A stretch of 64,000 nt of DNA. Origin: Alphaproteobacteria bacterium. Its GTDB lineage: Bacteria > Pseudomonadota > Alphaproteobacteria > MPNO01 > UBA830. The DNA is taken from the NCBI GenBank assembly GCA_965243135.1, contig OZ251539.1, positions 4,864,001 through 4,928,000 on the forward strand. The letters run 5' to 3'. Both the position numbers and the translations under genes were made by a program. Below are positions 51,542-61,351 of this stretch, one piece after another (position 1 is the first letter of the stretch; the number at the start of each line of letters is the position of its first letter). The notes under the pieces are model-generated. The model saw nothing but the letters and a program-made list of their open reading frames with translations. It did not search any database and was not told the origin of the DNA.

Positions 51542-53458
51542 CTACGCGCGCTCGCGCTTCCGGTTGCGCCGAGCGAGCAGGACGACGACGGCGAATACGG
51601 CGACCGCCGCCGGCATCGCGGCGATATTGACGAGTTTGAGACCGGCTTCGAGACGGTCGATGTCGCGGCGCAGGTCGAGCTGCACCTGGCGCAGTTCCTG
51701 CCTGATCTCGCGCATCCGCTTCCGGAACTTGCCGATTTCCTCCTGCTGTTCCTGCGACAGAACTGCGGCGCCTCCGGCGCGTTCCTTCGTTTCGAGGTCG
51801 TTCACCTTTTTCTGGACGTCATCGAGCTCCCTGGCGAGCTCGCGTTCCTGCGCGCGGTACTTGTCTTCGGCCTCGCTCTGCATGCGCTCGACGACGTCGA
51901 AAGGACGCGCGGACAACCCGCGGCCGCGCAGGCTGATCAACGCCGTCGAACCAGCCAGATTGTCGGCCGCGTTCACCACGAAGTCCCCGTTGTGCGCGGT
52001 CGGCACGACGACCTGCTGGCCGAACAGATCCTGGGTCTGCACCCAGAACGCGTCGGCGATGACGTCGGTGTCGGCGACGACGATCAGGTTCACGGGATCG
52101 GCGGACTCGGCGAGATGCGGACGCTCCTCTTCCTTCTCGGCGCTTTCCTTCTTGTCGGCGTCTTCGTCGTCGGACTTCGGAGGACCGTCGGGAAAGGCGC
52201 TCTTCACCTTGCCGGTCACCCGCGCCGCCAGAATGTACGTCCTGTTCTGGGGCTTGAACTCCTTCAGGATTTCCGCGGGTTGCGGGTTGCGCCGCACCAT
52301 GTTGGCGTCGAACGGGCCGGACGAATCGGTGGACCAGATCAGCGGCTCGATTTCGACGTCCGCTCCTTCCGCCTTCTCGAAGAATCCGGGAGTCGCGAAA
52401 TTCACGACCCGCAACCGGGAGGCGACGACGTCGCCGGTGGCGATGTTCTCGGGACCGTAGGTCGTCCACGCGACGTATCGGGTGATGATCGGCCGGCCGA
52501 AGGAATCGACCGAAGCCTGAACCCGCTGCCCGGCCTTGAGGTCTCCCAGAACCTTGTCCTTGTCGTAGGCGAGTCCCCACGCCTCGAAGAGTTCGGGAAG
52601 GTCGGAGCCCACGCCCGGCGGCAGCCTCAGCTGGGCATTGCTGCGCGCGCCCTCTTCCGCGTGCGGATCGACGAACACGATCGCCTTGCCGCCGCCCACC
52701 ACGTACTGGTCGATCAGGTAGCGCGATTCTTCGCTAAGGCCGAAGGGATGCACGATCATGAGCAGGTCGACATCGTCGTCGAGCTTGGGCGTAAGGCCCT
52801 GCGCCCTCACATCGAAGAACTGCTTGAGTTGCTCGATCAGTTCCCAGGGCCGGTATCTCTTGAGCGGATCCGAATCCACCGGAAGCCCGGACACCAAAGC
52901 GATCACCTTCTTTTTGGGATTCCCGAGATTGTGGATCATTCGGGTCAGATCGTACTCGAGGAACCGCTCGCGCTGCGGCGTGAGGAAGGCGATCACGTCG
53001 GCGTCGTCGGTGGAATTGGTCGCGGCCAGACCGAAATATCCGAGATCGCCGGCTTCGGTGATGGGAACGCCGCTCAGACCGAAGCCGACCGCCCGGTCCT
53101 CTTCGGGAGAAAAAGGCTCGGGATCGACCAGTTCGAGGCTGATCTTGCCGCCGGAAAGCGCGACGTAGCGCTCGAGAAGCTCCTGCACCCGGGCGCCGTA
53201 GCCGACGAGGCCCGGCGTCGTGTCGAGCAGCTTGCGGGTGGAAAAGAAGCGCAGCGCGATGGGCTCCTCGAGCGCGGCGAGCGTCCGCTTCGTGCCTTCG
53301 GAAAGCGTGAAGAGTTGTCTATCGGTCAGGTCGGCCTGAACGCCCCGGATGGCCGATTCGGAAAAGACGTTCACCGCGAGAAAGAGAATCGCCGCGAGAA
53401 CGAGCGCGCCGACGCCCAGCGCGCGGCTGTCGCCGGCCGGGGAGTGTTTCCTTGCCAT
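51542..53458 (-). CDS. GldG-like ABC transporter auxiliary component
   Basis: DLTDRQLFTLSEGT, DPEPFSPEED, LEYDLTR, VVADTD. Confidence 0.85.
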   Translation of the reverse strand: MARKHSPAGDSRALGVGALVLAAILFLAVNVFSESAIRGVQADLTDRQLFTLSEGTKRTLAALEEPIALRFFSTRKLLDTTPGLVGYGARVQELLERYVALSGGKISLELVDPEPFSPEEDRAVGFGLSGVPITEAGDLGYFGLAATNSTDDADVIAFLTPQRERFLEYDLTRMIHNLGNPKKKVIALVSGLPVDSDPLKRYRPWELIEQLKQFFDVRAQGLTPKLDDDVDLLMIVHPFGLSEESRYLIDQYVVGGGKAIVFVDPHAEEGARSNAQLRLPPGVGSDLPELFEAWGLAYDKDKVLGDLKAGQRVQASVDSFGRPIITRYVAWTTYGPENIATGDVVASRLRVVNFATPGFFEKAEGADVEIEPLIWSTDSSGPFDANMVRRNPQPAEILKEFKPQNRTYILAARVTGKVKSAFPDGPPKSDDEDADKKESAEKEEERPHLAESADPVNLIVVADTDVIADAFWVQTQDLFGQQVVVPTAHNGDFVVNAADNLAGSTALISLRGRGLSARPFDVVERMQSEAEDKYRAQERELARELDDVQKKVNDLETKERAGGAAVLSQEQQEEIGKFRKRMREIRQELRQVQLDLRRDIDRLEAGLKLVNIAAMPAAVAVFAVVVLLARRNRKRERA

Positions 53459-53461
53459 GCC

Positions 53462-54196
53462 TCACGATCCCTTCTTGAGGTCGACGATGACGACGTTCGC
53501 GAACAGAAAGACGCAGATCACGGACGCCAGATAGATGAAGTCCCTGAGATCGAAGATTCCCTGGGTGATCGCGTCGAAATGCGTCAGAAAGCTGAGCGAC
53601 GCCACGAGATCGGTCACGAACGCCGAGGTCCAGCCGCGAAACGCCGACTGGACCGGCTCGAGTCCGCTCATCATGAACAGAAAACAGGCGGCCGCGGAGA
53701 CGACGAACGCGATCACCTGATTGCGGGTCAGCGCGGAGACGAAGCTGCCGACGGCGAGAAACGCGCCCGCCATCAGGAAGCTGCCGACATAGCCCGCGAA
53801 GACCACGCCGTTGTCGGGAGCGCCGAGATAGTTGACCGTTATCCAAACGGGAAACGTGAGCGCAAGCGCGATTCCCGTGAAGATCCAGGCGGCGAGGAAC
53901 TTCCCGAGCACCGCCTGCGCCGTGGACACCGGCAGGGTCATCAGCAGTTCGATCGTGCCCGACTTCCGCTCCTCCGCCCACAGCCGCATCCCCACGGCCG
54001 GGATCAGGAACAGGTAAAGCCAGGGATGAAAAGAGAAAAACGATTGCAGGTCGGCCTGGCCGCGCTGGAAAAAGCCGCCGAAGTAGAACGTCGTCGCCCC
54101 GGCGAGCGCGAGGAAGATGACGATGAAGACGTAAGCCAGCGGGGTCGAGAAATAGGCCGCGAGCTCCCGCTTCAGGATGACGAGAACCGTGTTCAC
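53462..54196 (-). CDS. GldF-like ABC transporter permease
   Basis: RELAAYFSTPLAYVF, MRLWAEERKSGTIELLMTLP. Confidence 0.9.
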   Translation of the reverse strand: MNTVLVILKRELAAYFSTPLAYVFIVIFLALAGATTFYFGGFFQRGQADLQSFFSFHPWLYLFLIPAVGMRLWAEERKSGTIELLMTLPVSTAQAVLGKFLAAWIFTGIALALTFPVWITVNYLGAPDNGVVFAGYVGSFLMAGAFLAVGSFVSALTRNQVIAFVVSAAACFLFMMSGLEPVQSAFRGWTSAFVTDLVASLSFLTHFDAITQGIFDLRDFIYLASVICVFLFANVVIVDLKKGS

Positions 54197-55140
54197 TGCG
54201 CGGCCTCCCCTATGGTGATCTCCCGGAACACGTCCTCGAGCCGGCCGCGCTCCACGTAGAGCTGGTCGACGGACAGCCCGGTCTTCGCGACGCGCTCGTT
54301 CACGATGTCGAGGATGGCCGCGCCGTCGCGCGGAATCACGACCGCATGGGCGCGGTCGCCGCGGTCGTCGCCGCTTTCGACGTCGGCGATTTCGTCGACG
54401 CCCGCAAGGGCGCTCCGCAGCGCCGGAACGCTGTCCCGGGAAAGCCGCACCGACACGGCGTTGCGGTAGCGGGACCGGCGTTCGAGGTCGGCGGGAGTTC
54501 CGTCCGCCACCATGCGGCCGCGCGCGATGACGATGGCGCGCGTGCACACGGCGTCCACTTCTTCCAGGATGTGGGTCGAAATGATGACCGCCTTGTCCGC
54601 CGACATCCGGCGGATCAGCTGGCGCACCTGGTGCTTCTGATTCGGATCGAGTCCGTCGGTCGGCTCGTCGAGAATGAGCACGTCGGGATCGTGAAGGATG
54701 GCCTGGGCGAGGCCCACCCGCCGCTTGAAGCCCTTCGACAGCGTCCCGACCTGCTGGTGGTACACCTCGTCGAGCTGGAGCCTGTCCACCGCCTCGTCGA
54801 CCGCCCGCCGACGGGCGGCGCCGTTCAGCCCGCGGACCCCGGCGGCGAAGGACAGCAACCCTCCCGCCGTCATGTCCTCGTAGAGGGGCGCGCCCTCCGG
54901 CAGGTAACCGATCCGCCTCTTCACGGCGATGGGATCGCTGTTGACGTCGCTGCCGCACACGACCGCGGTGCCGGACGTCGGGGGAAGGAAACCCGTCACC
55001 ATCTTCATGGTCGTGGACTTGCCGGCGCCGTTGGGCCCGAGAAAACCCAGCACCTCGCCGCCGTCCAGCGAAAAGCTCACGTCGTCGACGGCGGTAAAGC
55101 GGCCGAAACGCTTCGTAAGGCCGCGAATGTCGAGCATCAT
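54193..55140 (-). CDS. GldA-like ABC transporter ATP-binding protein
   Basis: GPNGAGKST, LSKGFKRRVGLAQ, LILDEPT. Confidence 0.93.
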   Translation of the reverse strand: MMLDIRGLTKRFGRFTAVDDVSFSLDGGEVLGFLGPNGAGKSTTMKMVTGFLPPTSGTAVVCGSDVNSDPIAVKRRIGYLPEGAPLYEDMTAGGLLSFAAGVRGLNGAARRRAVDEAVDRLQLDEVYHQQVGTLSKGFKRRVGLAQAILHDPDVLILDEPTDGLDPNQKHQVRQLIRRMSADKAVIISTHILEEVDAVCTRAIVIARGRMVADGTPADLERRSRYRNAVSVRLSRDSVPALRSALAGVDEIADVESGDDRGDRAHAVVIPRDGAAILDIVNERVAKTGLSVDQLYVERGRLEDVFREITIGEAAQ

Positions 55141-55264
55141 GCCGTACCAAACCTCCCGAATTCTTGCGCCATTCTCGCCTCCGAGCGGCAAGGGACGGTC
55201 CCTTGCCGGCGACCTCGCGGCATGCGGAAACCGGGCCCGCGGGCCCGGTTTCCCTCCGTCGCCG

Positions 55265-55723
55265 TCAGGCCGCCTCGGCGGACCGGTCGTCGATGACCTT
55301 GCCGGCGCCGCGAATGGCGATCCGGCGCGGTTTCAGGGCTTCGGGGATCTCCCGCTCCAGATCGACGACGAGCAATCCGTCGTTCAGGTCGGCGCCCTTC
55401 ACCTCCACGTGGTCGGCGAGCTGGAAGCGCCGCTCGAAGGCGCGCCGCGCGATCCCGCGATGGAGATAGGCGGCGTCGCCGTCCGCCTTCTCGATCTTGC
55501 CCGCGATGACGAGCTGGCCGTCGCGGACCTGGACATCGAGATCGTTCGGGCCGAAGCCGGCGACGGCCACCGTCACCTGATAGGCGTCCTCTCCCGTCTT
55601 CTCGATGTTGTAGGGCGGGTATCCGTCGTCGCCGGAGGTCTTCTGGGCCGCGTCCAGAACGGACATCAGCCGGTCGAAGCCGACGGCGCTGCGGTAAAGG
55701 GGGGAAAAATCGAACGTGCGCAT
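55265..55723 (-). CDS. ibpA: small heat shock protein (Hsp20)
   Basis: MRTFDFSPLYRSAVGFDRL, YPPYNIE, YLHRGIARRAFERRF. Confidence 0.95.
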   Translation of the reverse strand: MRTFDFSPLYRSAVGFDRLMSVLDAAQKTSGDDGYPPYNIEKTGEDAYQVTVAVAGFGPNDLDVQVRDGQLVIAGKIEKADGDAAYLHRGIARRAFERRFQLADHVEVKGADLNDGLLVVDLEREIPEALKPRRIAIRGAGKVIDDRSAEAA

Positions 55724-55812
55724 CTCACATATCCTCCTGTCGAGCAACATGTCTGGCGGATCGCCGCGATGGCCGATCCTCGGTCCGCCCGGTCCCGTTC
55801 GGGCACCGGACA
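55721..55812 (-). ncRNA. ROSE-type RNA thermometer in the ibpA 5' UTR
   Basis: CAUGUU-G-CUC-GACAG-GAG-GAUAUG hairpin: UUGCU motif with bulged G pairing over the SD. Confidence 0.8.
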
Positions 55813-55816
55813 GCCG

Positions 55817-55846
55817 ATATGTAAGGGCGGAAAACGATATTTCAAG
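55817..55846 (-). promoter_or_regulatory. RpoH (sigma32)-type promoter
   Basis: CTTGAA...CCTTACATAT upstream of ibpA. Confidence 0.7.
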
Positions 55847-55939
55847 ACCCGGCGGCGGGCGGCCTTCTCCGGCGCGAATCGGGCGGCCGGCATCGGCTTT
55901 CCGGCGGCGCGCCGAAGAGGGAAGCCGGAAACGAGGCGT

Positions 55940-56410
55940 TGCGGACCGGAGTCCGGGATCCCGAGGACTGCGCGACTTCCGCGATTGCCCGTCGATCCGC
56001 CCCGTCAGACGAGCATCGGACCGAACGGGCAGTCGGTCCGTCGTCGTCGCACCATTTCATGAGGTCGTCGCGGCAGAAGCCGTTGTCGCCGCGAACCCCG
56101 GTTTCCGGCCAACGTCGGCGCTCGACGATCGGCACCATCTCTTCCGTCGAACCCGCCGCAGGATGGAGTTCGGGTGCTGCGAAAGCGAGTTCGCCACCAA
56201 GTCGCAGCGGACGAGCGGCAGGCAGCGGTAGCCGTGGAAGCGACGCTCCTCCTTGCCCCCGTGCAGCGGCTCGTCCGTGTTGTCGAGGTCCGGAACGATC
56301 TCCTTCGGCGGCGACGGCCAAGCATCGAGGAACAGGTTGATCTTGAGATCGGCCATCGCCTGAGGGACGGCGACGGGCCGCACCGGGCGTCCCGGCTCGA
56401 ACCGGTCGAC
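55940..56410 (-). mobile_element. IS1380-family transposase remnant
   Basis: LFLDAWPSPPKEIVPDLDNTDEPLHGGKEERRFHGY..LPL and RWPETGVRGDNGFCRDDLMKWC. Confidence 0.8.
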
Positions 56411-56419
56411 GGCCTCAGC

Positions 56420-57203
56420 GCCTGGCGCATCACGCGCACCCTGTTCGGCGTCGAGCGCACCGTGCTGGTCACACGAGAAACTCTTCGCCGCGCAGTCCCA
56501 AACCCTGCTGCGTGAAATCGCGAAGCGGCGACAGCGGCTGCGGGAACTCCAGAACCAGTTGCGGCGCTGGCGCACCGGGCGCGTTCGCAACGGCAAGCCG
56601 CCGACCGCGGAGGGGACCGCCAAGAAGGTGGCCGGCTGGCTCGAGGCCCGTGAAGGAACCGTTCAAGGTGACGGTCGAAGCCGACGGCGGCCGGCCGGCC
56701 CTTCGTTACCGTTTCGACCGGCGCGCATGGCAGCGGTTGCAACGCACGTTGCTCGGCAAGACCCTCGTCTTCACCGACAACGCCGACTGGAGCGACGTGG
56801 AAATTGTCCGCGGCTACCGGGCTCAGCATCACGTCGAGAGCGCGTTCCGCTCCATGAAGAACACCTGCCACCCTGAGGCCACAGTATCACTGGACGGACC
56901 AGAAGATCGCAGTGCACGTCTTCTGCTGCGTCCTCGCCCTGTTGCTGTGCAATCTTTTGGAGCGCACCGCCGCGGCTCAACGAAGTCGGCGCTGCTCGAC
57001 CAACTCGGTCGAATCCGGGAAATCGGCGTCGTTTATCCCGGCAAGAAGCCCTTTGTGACGTTGTCGCAGATGACCGACGGCCAGCGCGCCCTTTACGAGG
57101 CCCTCGACCTGAAGCGATACCTGTCCGACCTCGCCTGACCGTTAGGCTATACGAAAATCGTGTGATTAAGTGAATCGACTATAAATCTCGCGGTAAACTC
57201 GGG
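56420..57203 (+). mobile_element. IS1634-like transposase 3' remnant with probable right end
   Basis: LGKTLVFTD..WSDVEIVRGYRAQHHVESAFRSMK, frameshift, QYHWTDQKIAVHVFCCVLALLL; AT-rich tail ending GTAAACTCGGG. Confidence 0.7.
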
Positions 57204-57340
57204 CTAGACGCTGATGTCCTGAGCCGCATTTCCCGCACCGGCAGGGATCGAGGATCGCGCCAGGAGGAAGAGCGCGGAACGGCCCCTGCGGTGCCTCCGT
57301 CGACGCGTCCGCCCCTCGCTCGGGAGGCGTGAAATTAGGG

Positions 57341-57370
57341 TTTACCCCCCCCCCCCGCGCTACGTACGAT
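57341..57370 (+). promoter_or_regulatory. putative promoter with C12 tract in the spacer
   Basis: TTTACC-18 bp-TACGAT; C12 at 57345-57356. Confidence 0.45.
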
Positions 57371-57449
57371 GCCGAAGACTCGATGACGGGTTCCGGCGTC
57401 TCGAACCACGGGATGGAGCATCCGTCCGAACCTTGCAGAGGAGACGATC

Positions 57450-57869
57450 ATGCGCGACGACGTTTACGGGGGTATCCACGATGGCATGCGCCAGCAAGGC
57501 GTCATCCTTCAGGATCTCGCCAATGCCTGCCATTCCGACGAGGATCTGCTGCGCGCGCTTGAGGAGCGTCCGGAGGAAATTCTGCGGGATCGCGGGATCG
57601 ACGTGCCGATGGATGAGGGCATGGACGTGAAGGTCGTCCTCAACACCCGCGACACCTTCCACCTGGCCATGATTCCCGACCCGAACCAGGAGCTCCAGGA
57701 CGAGGCGCTGATGGCGGTCGCCGGCGGCAAGACCAATGGCTGTGCGAGCTCGGGGGGAACCGTCGGGAGCATTCCTTCCACCGCGAGTTCGATCAGCTCC
57801 CTGGGCTGCGCCAGCAGCCAGTCGGGCTGCGCCAGCAGCGTGTCGGACGCGTCGAGGACGAGGCAGTAG
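57450..57869 (+). CDS. NHLP-leader (proteusin-like) RiPP precursor peptide
   Basis: GGAG RBS; leader VKVVLNTRDTFHLAM..DPNQELQDEALMAVAGG; 46-aa Ser/Gly/Cys/Thr-rich core. Confidence 0.85.
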   Translation: MRDDVYGGIHDGMRQQGVILQDLANACHSDEDLLRALEERPEEILRDRGIDVPMDEGMDVKVVLNTRDTFHLAMIPDPNQELQDEALMAVAGGKTNGCASSGGTVGSIPSTASSISSLGCASSQSGCASSVSDASRTRQ

Positions 57870-57917
57870 TCCGCATTTTCTCGTGCCGGCAGGGATCGAG
57901 GGTTGCGGGGCGGCGAT

Positions 57918-57958
57918 CCCAACCCGACCCTCCCCTTGCAGGGGGAGGGTCGAGTGGA
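57918..57958. repeat. strong REP-like hairpin downstream of the precursor
   Basis: CGACCCTCCCC...GGGGAGGGTCG inverted repeat. Confidence 0.55.
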
Positions 57959-58673
57959 GGGCGCCAGGAGGGGGAGGAGCGCGTCAGTCACGAATGGATC
58001 CGCCAGCGTCCGGAACCGCGCAATGAGTTTGCGCGCACGACCGAAAGCGGCAAGGAAGTCGCTGCCCACGGGATAGGTGTCAAGGCCTGCGTTCTTCTTC
58101 GCCGCACCGGGAACGCGGCCTGAACGTGCGCACCTGTCCACCAGTACTTCGCGAAAGCGACCGACAGGTGGATCCTGCCGAACTGGCATGCGTCGAGGAC
58201 CTGCTCAATAATGGGTCGCCAAGGCGCTGGGCGATCAAATTTTCTGCGGAAGCGTTCCACCGGGAGACGAGCCGGGCGGAGTGACCGGTTCGGGGCTTCG
58301 AGCGTGACCTGCCCGGACGGCGCCCGGCTGCTCGTCGAGGGCCGGCCTGCAGGTGAAGCTGGCGTCCGGGGTCCGACTCGGCGGGCTGAAATCGACCGGA
58401 CAGCTGCGCCTAGGAGCGCACTCTGCGCGTCGGCATTCGGGAAAGCAAGGGACTGCGCCGCCGGGGGGCGGTCGGACCGTGTCGGTTCGCGTTTCCGGGC
58501 AGCAGCATCCCGACAGGGCGAACGGCCTCAGGATAGAAGATGAGGAATTTTCGTGGCGGTGGAACGTTCGCCGCGAGGAGGGCGTAGCCCTGACCGCCGC
58601 GCGCACTGCGGCTCAGCCCCGTCGACCGCCGCTCGGAACGGCCAACAACGTCGACGGAAACGGTTCGGTCAAG

Positions 58674-59777
58674 TCAGGACGCTCTCGACGCAACCCAATC
58701 CGCAATGGCGAGAGCGGAAGTCATGCCGGGAGATTCGATTCCGTACATGTTGACGAGGCCGGGAACGCCGTGATCATCGACCGTCTGGATCAGGAAATCG
58801 CGCGCCGCCTCGCCCGGCGCCTGCAGCTTGGGGCGGATGCCGGCGTAACCCGGCTCGATCGTCCCGTCGGCAAGCTCCGGATAGTACTTCCGCACGGCCC
58901 CGTAGAACTTGCCGGCGCGGGCCGGATCGACGTCGTAATCGATCCCGTCGACCCACTCGACGTCCGGTCCGAACCTCACGCGCCCGGCGAGATCGACCGT
59001 GACGTGCACGCCGAGGCCCGCCTTTTCGGGAACCGGATAGACCGGACGCGTGAAGGGAGGCTTGCCGGACAGCGTATAGTAGTTGCCCTTGCAGTAGTGA
59101 AGCGGCGGAACCGTCCCGGAAGGCAAGCCGGAGATCGAGGCGGCGACATCCTGCGCCCACAGCCCGGCGCTGTTGATCACGACATCCGCGGTCACCGACA
59201 TGGGCGAAGCGCCGCCGCAATCGAGGCGAATGCCGTCGTTCGCCACCTGCCCGCCCGTTACCGGCGTCAGAAGGGCGACGACCGCGCCGGCGGACTCGGC
59301 GTCGCCCTGCAACGCAAGCATCATGGCGTGGCTGTCGACGATTCCCGTGGACGGCGACCAGAGCGCGCCCACGCAGCGAACCGAAGGCTCCATGTCCGAG
59401 GCCTGCGACGGCGTCATTCGCTCCAGGTCCGTCACCCCGTTCGCCGCGGCATTGGCCTGAAGCCGATCGAGTTCGGATAGCTGATCCTCGCTCGTCGCAA
59501 CGATGATCTTGCCGCAACGGCGATATTCGACCCCGCGCGAGTCGCAAAAATCATACAGCTTGCGCTTGCCCTCGACGCAGAATTTCGCCTTCAGGCTGCC
59601 TGGAGGATAGTAGATTCCGGCATGTATTACTTCGCTGTGCCGCGAACTGGTCTCCGATCCGATGAGATCCGCCCGTTCGAGCACGATGACTTCCCGGCCG
59701 GAAATCGCCAGCGCCCGCGCGACCGCCAGCCCGACGACTCCGGCGCCGATAACGACGCACTCCACGCGCTCGGTCAC
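58674..59777 (-). CDS. LhgO-family FAD-dependent oxidoreductase
   Basis: IGAGVVG, ETSSRHSEVIHAG, YAGIRPK, GIESPGMTSALA. Confidence 0.9.
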   Translation of the reverse strand: MTERVECVVIGAGVVGLAVARALAISGREVIVLERADLIGSETSSRHSEVIHAGIYYPPGSLKAKFCVEGKRKLYDFCDSRGVEYRRCGKIIVATSEDQLSELDRLQANAAANGVTDLERMTPSQASDMEPSVRCVGALWSPSTGIVDSHAMMLALQGDAESAGAVVALLTPVTGGQVANDGIRLDCGGASPMSVTADVVINSAGLWAQDVAASISGLPSGTVPPLHYCKGNYYTLSGKPPFTRPVYPVPEKAGLGVHVTVDLAGRVRFGPDVEWVDGIDYDVDPARAGKFYGAVRKYYPELADGTIEPGYAGIRPKLQAPGEAARDFLIQTVDDHGVPGLVNMYGIESPGMTSALAIADWVASRAS

Positions 59778-60117
59778 GCTCCGGTTCCCGACCGCCAGTC
59801 GCAAGGCGCCGACCGGACCGCCTCGTCCGGCAGGTTCCCGTTTCCCGGCTCGGGGGCGCGGCGGCGCCTGGAAAGCCGGCGAGAAAACCGGCGCTTCGCC
59901 GGAGCGTTCGGTTCGACGGCGGAACGGTCCGTTTCGCCATGCGCGCGCGCCGTGCGGGCGGGGAACGTGGCTTGACGCTCCGGTTTCCCGCCTTTCGGTC
60001 CTGCGAGCGACCCGCGCCAGCCCCCTCGCTTCGAAGCGCGCCGCACCGCGGCGTCCCGTTCGCCGGATTCCCGGTCTCGCTCCCCGTGCCTCTCCAACTC
60101 CGGCATCCTCCGTCCGC

Positions 60118-60918
60118 TCACCTCCGCAATCCGCCGCGAATATAACCGCCGACGACGATCATCCGGCAGATTGCCGGAAGGAAGAGCGCGATCGCCGACG
60201 ACAGGGTCTCGCGCATCGCGTCGTCCGGACCGGCTCCGTCGCCGGAAGGCAGAACGGCCGCTGCGGCGATTTCTCCCGCTAACGCCTCCACCCGGTCGCC
60301 CGCCGCTGCGAAACCGTCGGAAACGTCCTCCAGAATCTCCAAAAACGCGCGCAGCAAGTCCGGCCAGTCCGTGAAATGCCGGAATATCGAAGGGACGATC
60401 GTTCCGCCCACCGTCAACCTGGCCAGATCGTGGAGGAGTTCGAGCGTCGATGCCGGAAGCCCGTCGAGCGGCGCCATCGGAAGCAGGACGTCCAGCCGGC
60501 GCGCGGCCGCCGACGGAGGCCGGAACCGCGGCGCCCCGCGCGCGTCCCGGACGGCCCGCCCCAGCGCTTGCAGGCAGATGGCGTTGATCGGATTGGCGCG
60601 GTTGTAGGCATCGACGGTGCGCAGCGCGCCTTCGGCTTCGGCCCGCCGCAGCCCGAGCTCGGAAAGGGATCGACCGGCGCCGGCGGCATGCTGCGCAAGC
60701 GGCGCGACGAGACGTTGCGCATCCTGCGCGAAGGTTCCCGTTCGAAGGCCGGACTCCAGGATCGACCATGACCACTCGAGACAGCCCGGCTTCGTCGCGA
60801 GATGCCTGAAAACAAGGTTCACCAGCCTTACGCCGAGAGCGTCCGCGATCGCGTCGTAGACCAGACGGACGTCGCCGGTCGCGTCGGCCAGAGGGATTTC
60901 GGCGGGGGAAGAAGTCAT
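60118..60918 (-). CDS. hypothetical AhpD/halocarboxylate-dehydrogenase-like protein
   Basis: ADATGDVRLVYDAI...VNLVFRHLA and internal repeat VPSIFRHFTDWP. Confidence 0.6.
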   Translation of the reverse strand: MTSSPAEIPLADATGDVRLVYDAIADALGVRLVNLVFRHLATKPGCLEWSWSILESGLRTGTFAQDAQRLVAPLAQHAAGAGRSLSELGLRRAEAEGALRTVDAYNRANPINAICLQALGRAVRDARGAPRFRPPSAAARRLDVLLPMAPLDGLPASTLELLHDLARLTVGGTIVPSIFRHFTDWPDLLRAFLEILEDVSDGFAAAGDRVEALAGEIAAAAVLPSGDGAGPDDAMRETLSSAIALFLPAICRMIVVGGYIRGGLRR

Positions 60919-61351
60919 GCAGTGTCCAAGAATGCCTCCCCGGCTTGTAATGCCGTCCCGCGCCGCTGCCAAATGCGCGGAACGCCGGCGACGGCCCCTG
61001 GCGCAGGAAAGGCGGCGCACTGCGTGGCGAAAGAAGGCGACGCGCCGATCATGGCGCCCGCCGCGAAACGCAAGACCGCAGCCAGTGCGACGCTGCGCGC
61101 CGCCGACGTTTCGCAACCAGCGGCGGGTTCGGCGTTCAGTCCGTCGGTTCGCCGGATCCTCCGCGATTGGCGGCGCGGGCGCCGGGACTCGCCGCTTGCG
61201 CAGCGGCGCCCGGGGCTCCAACGCAGGCGCGTTCCGCGCCGGCTGCCGGCTTTCGCCCGGGACGAGGATTTTCTGGCCGCGAGCGAAATCAGTTGCTGCG
61301 CCGCGAGCGGGAACGCCTGCGGGCGGACTTGCCGACCCGGCATCGACCGCC

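Noticed and set aside
50467-55140. Gld-like genes as evidence of gliding motility
   Set aside because: This ABC/DUF4340 operon is widespread in non-gliding Proteobacteria
57988-58260. Coding-like fragments on the minus strand
   Set aside because: No assignable family or clear start
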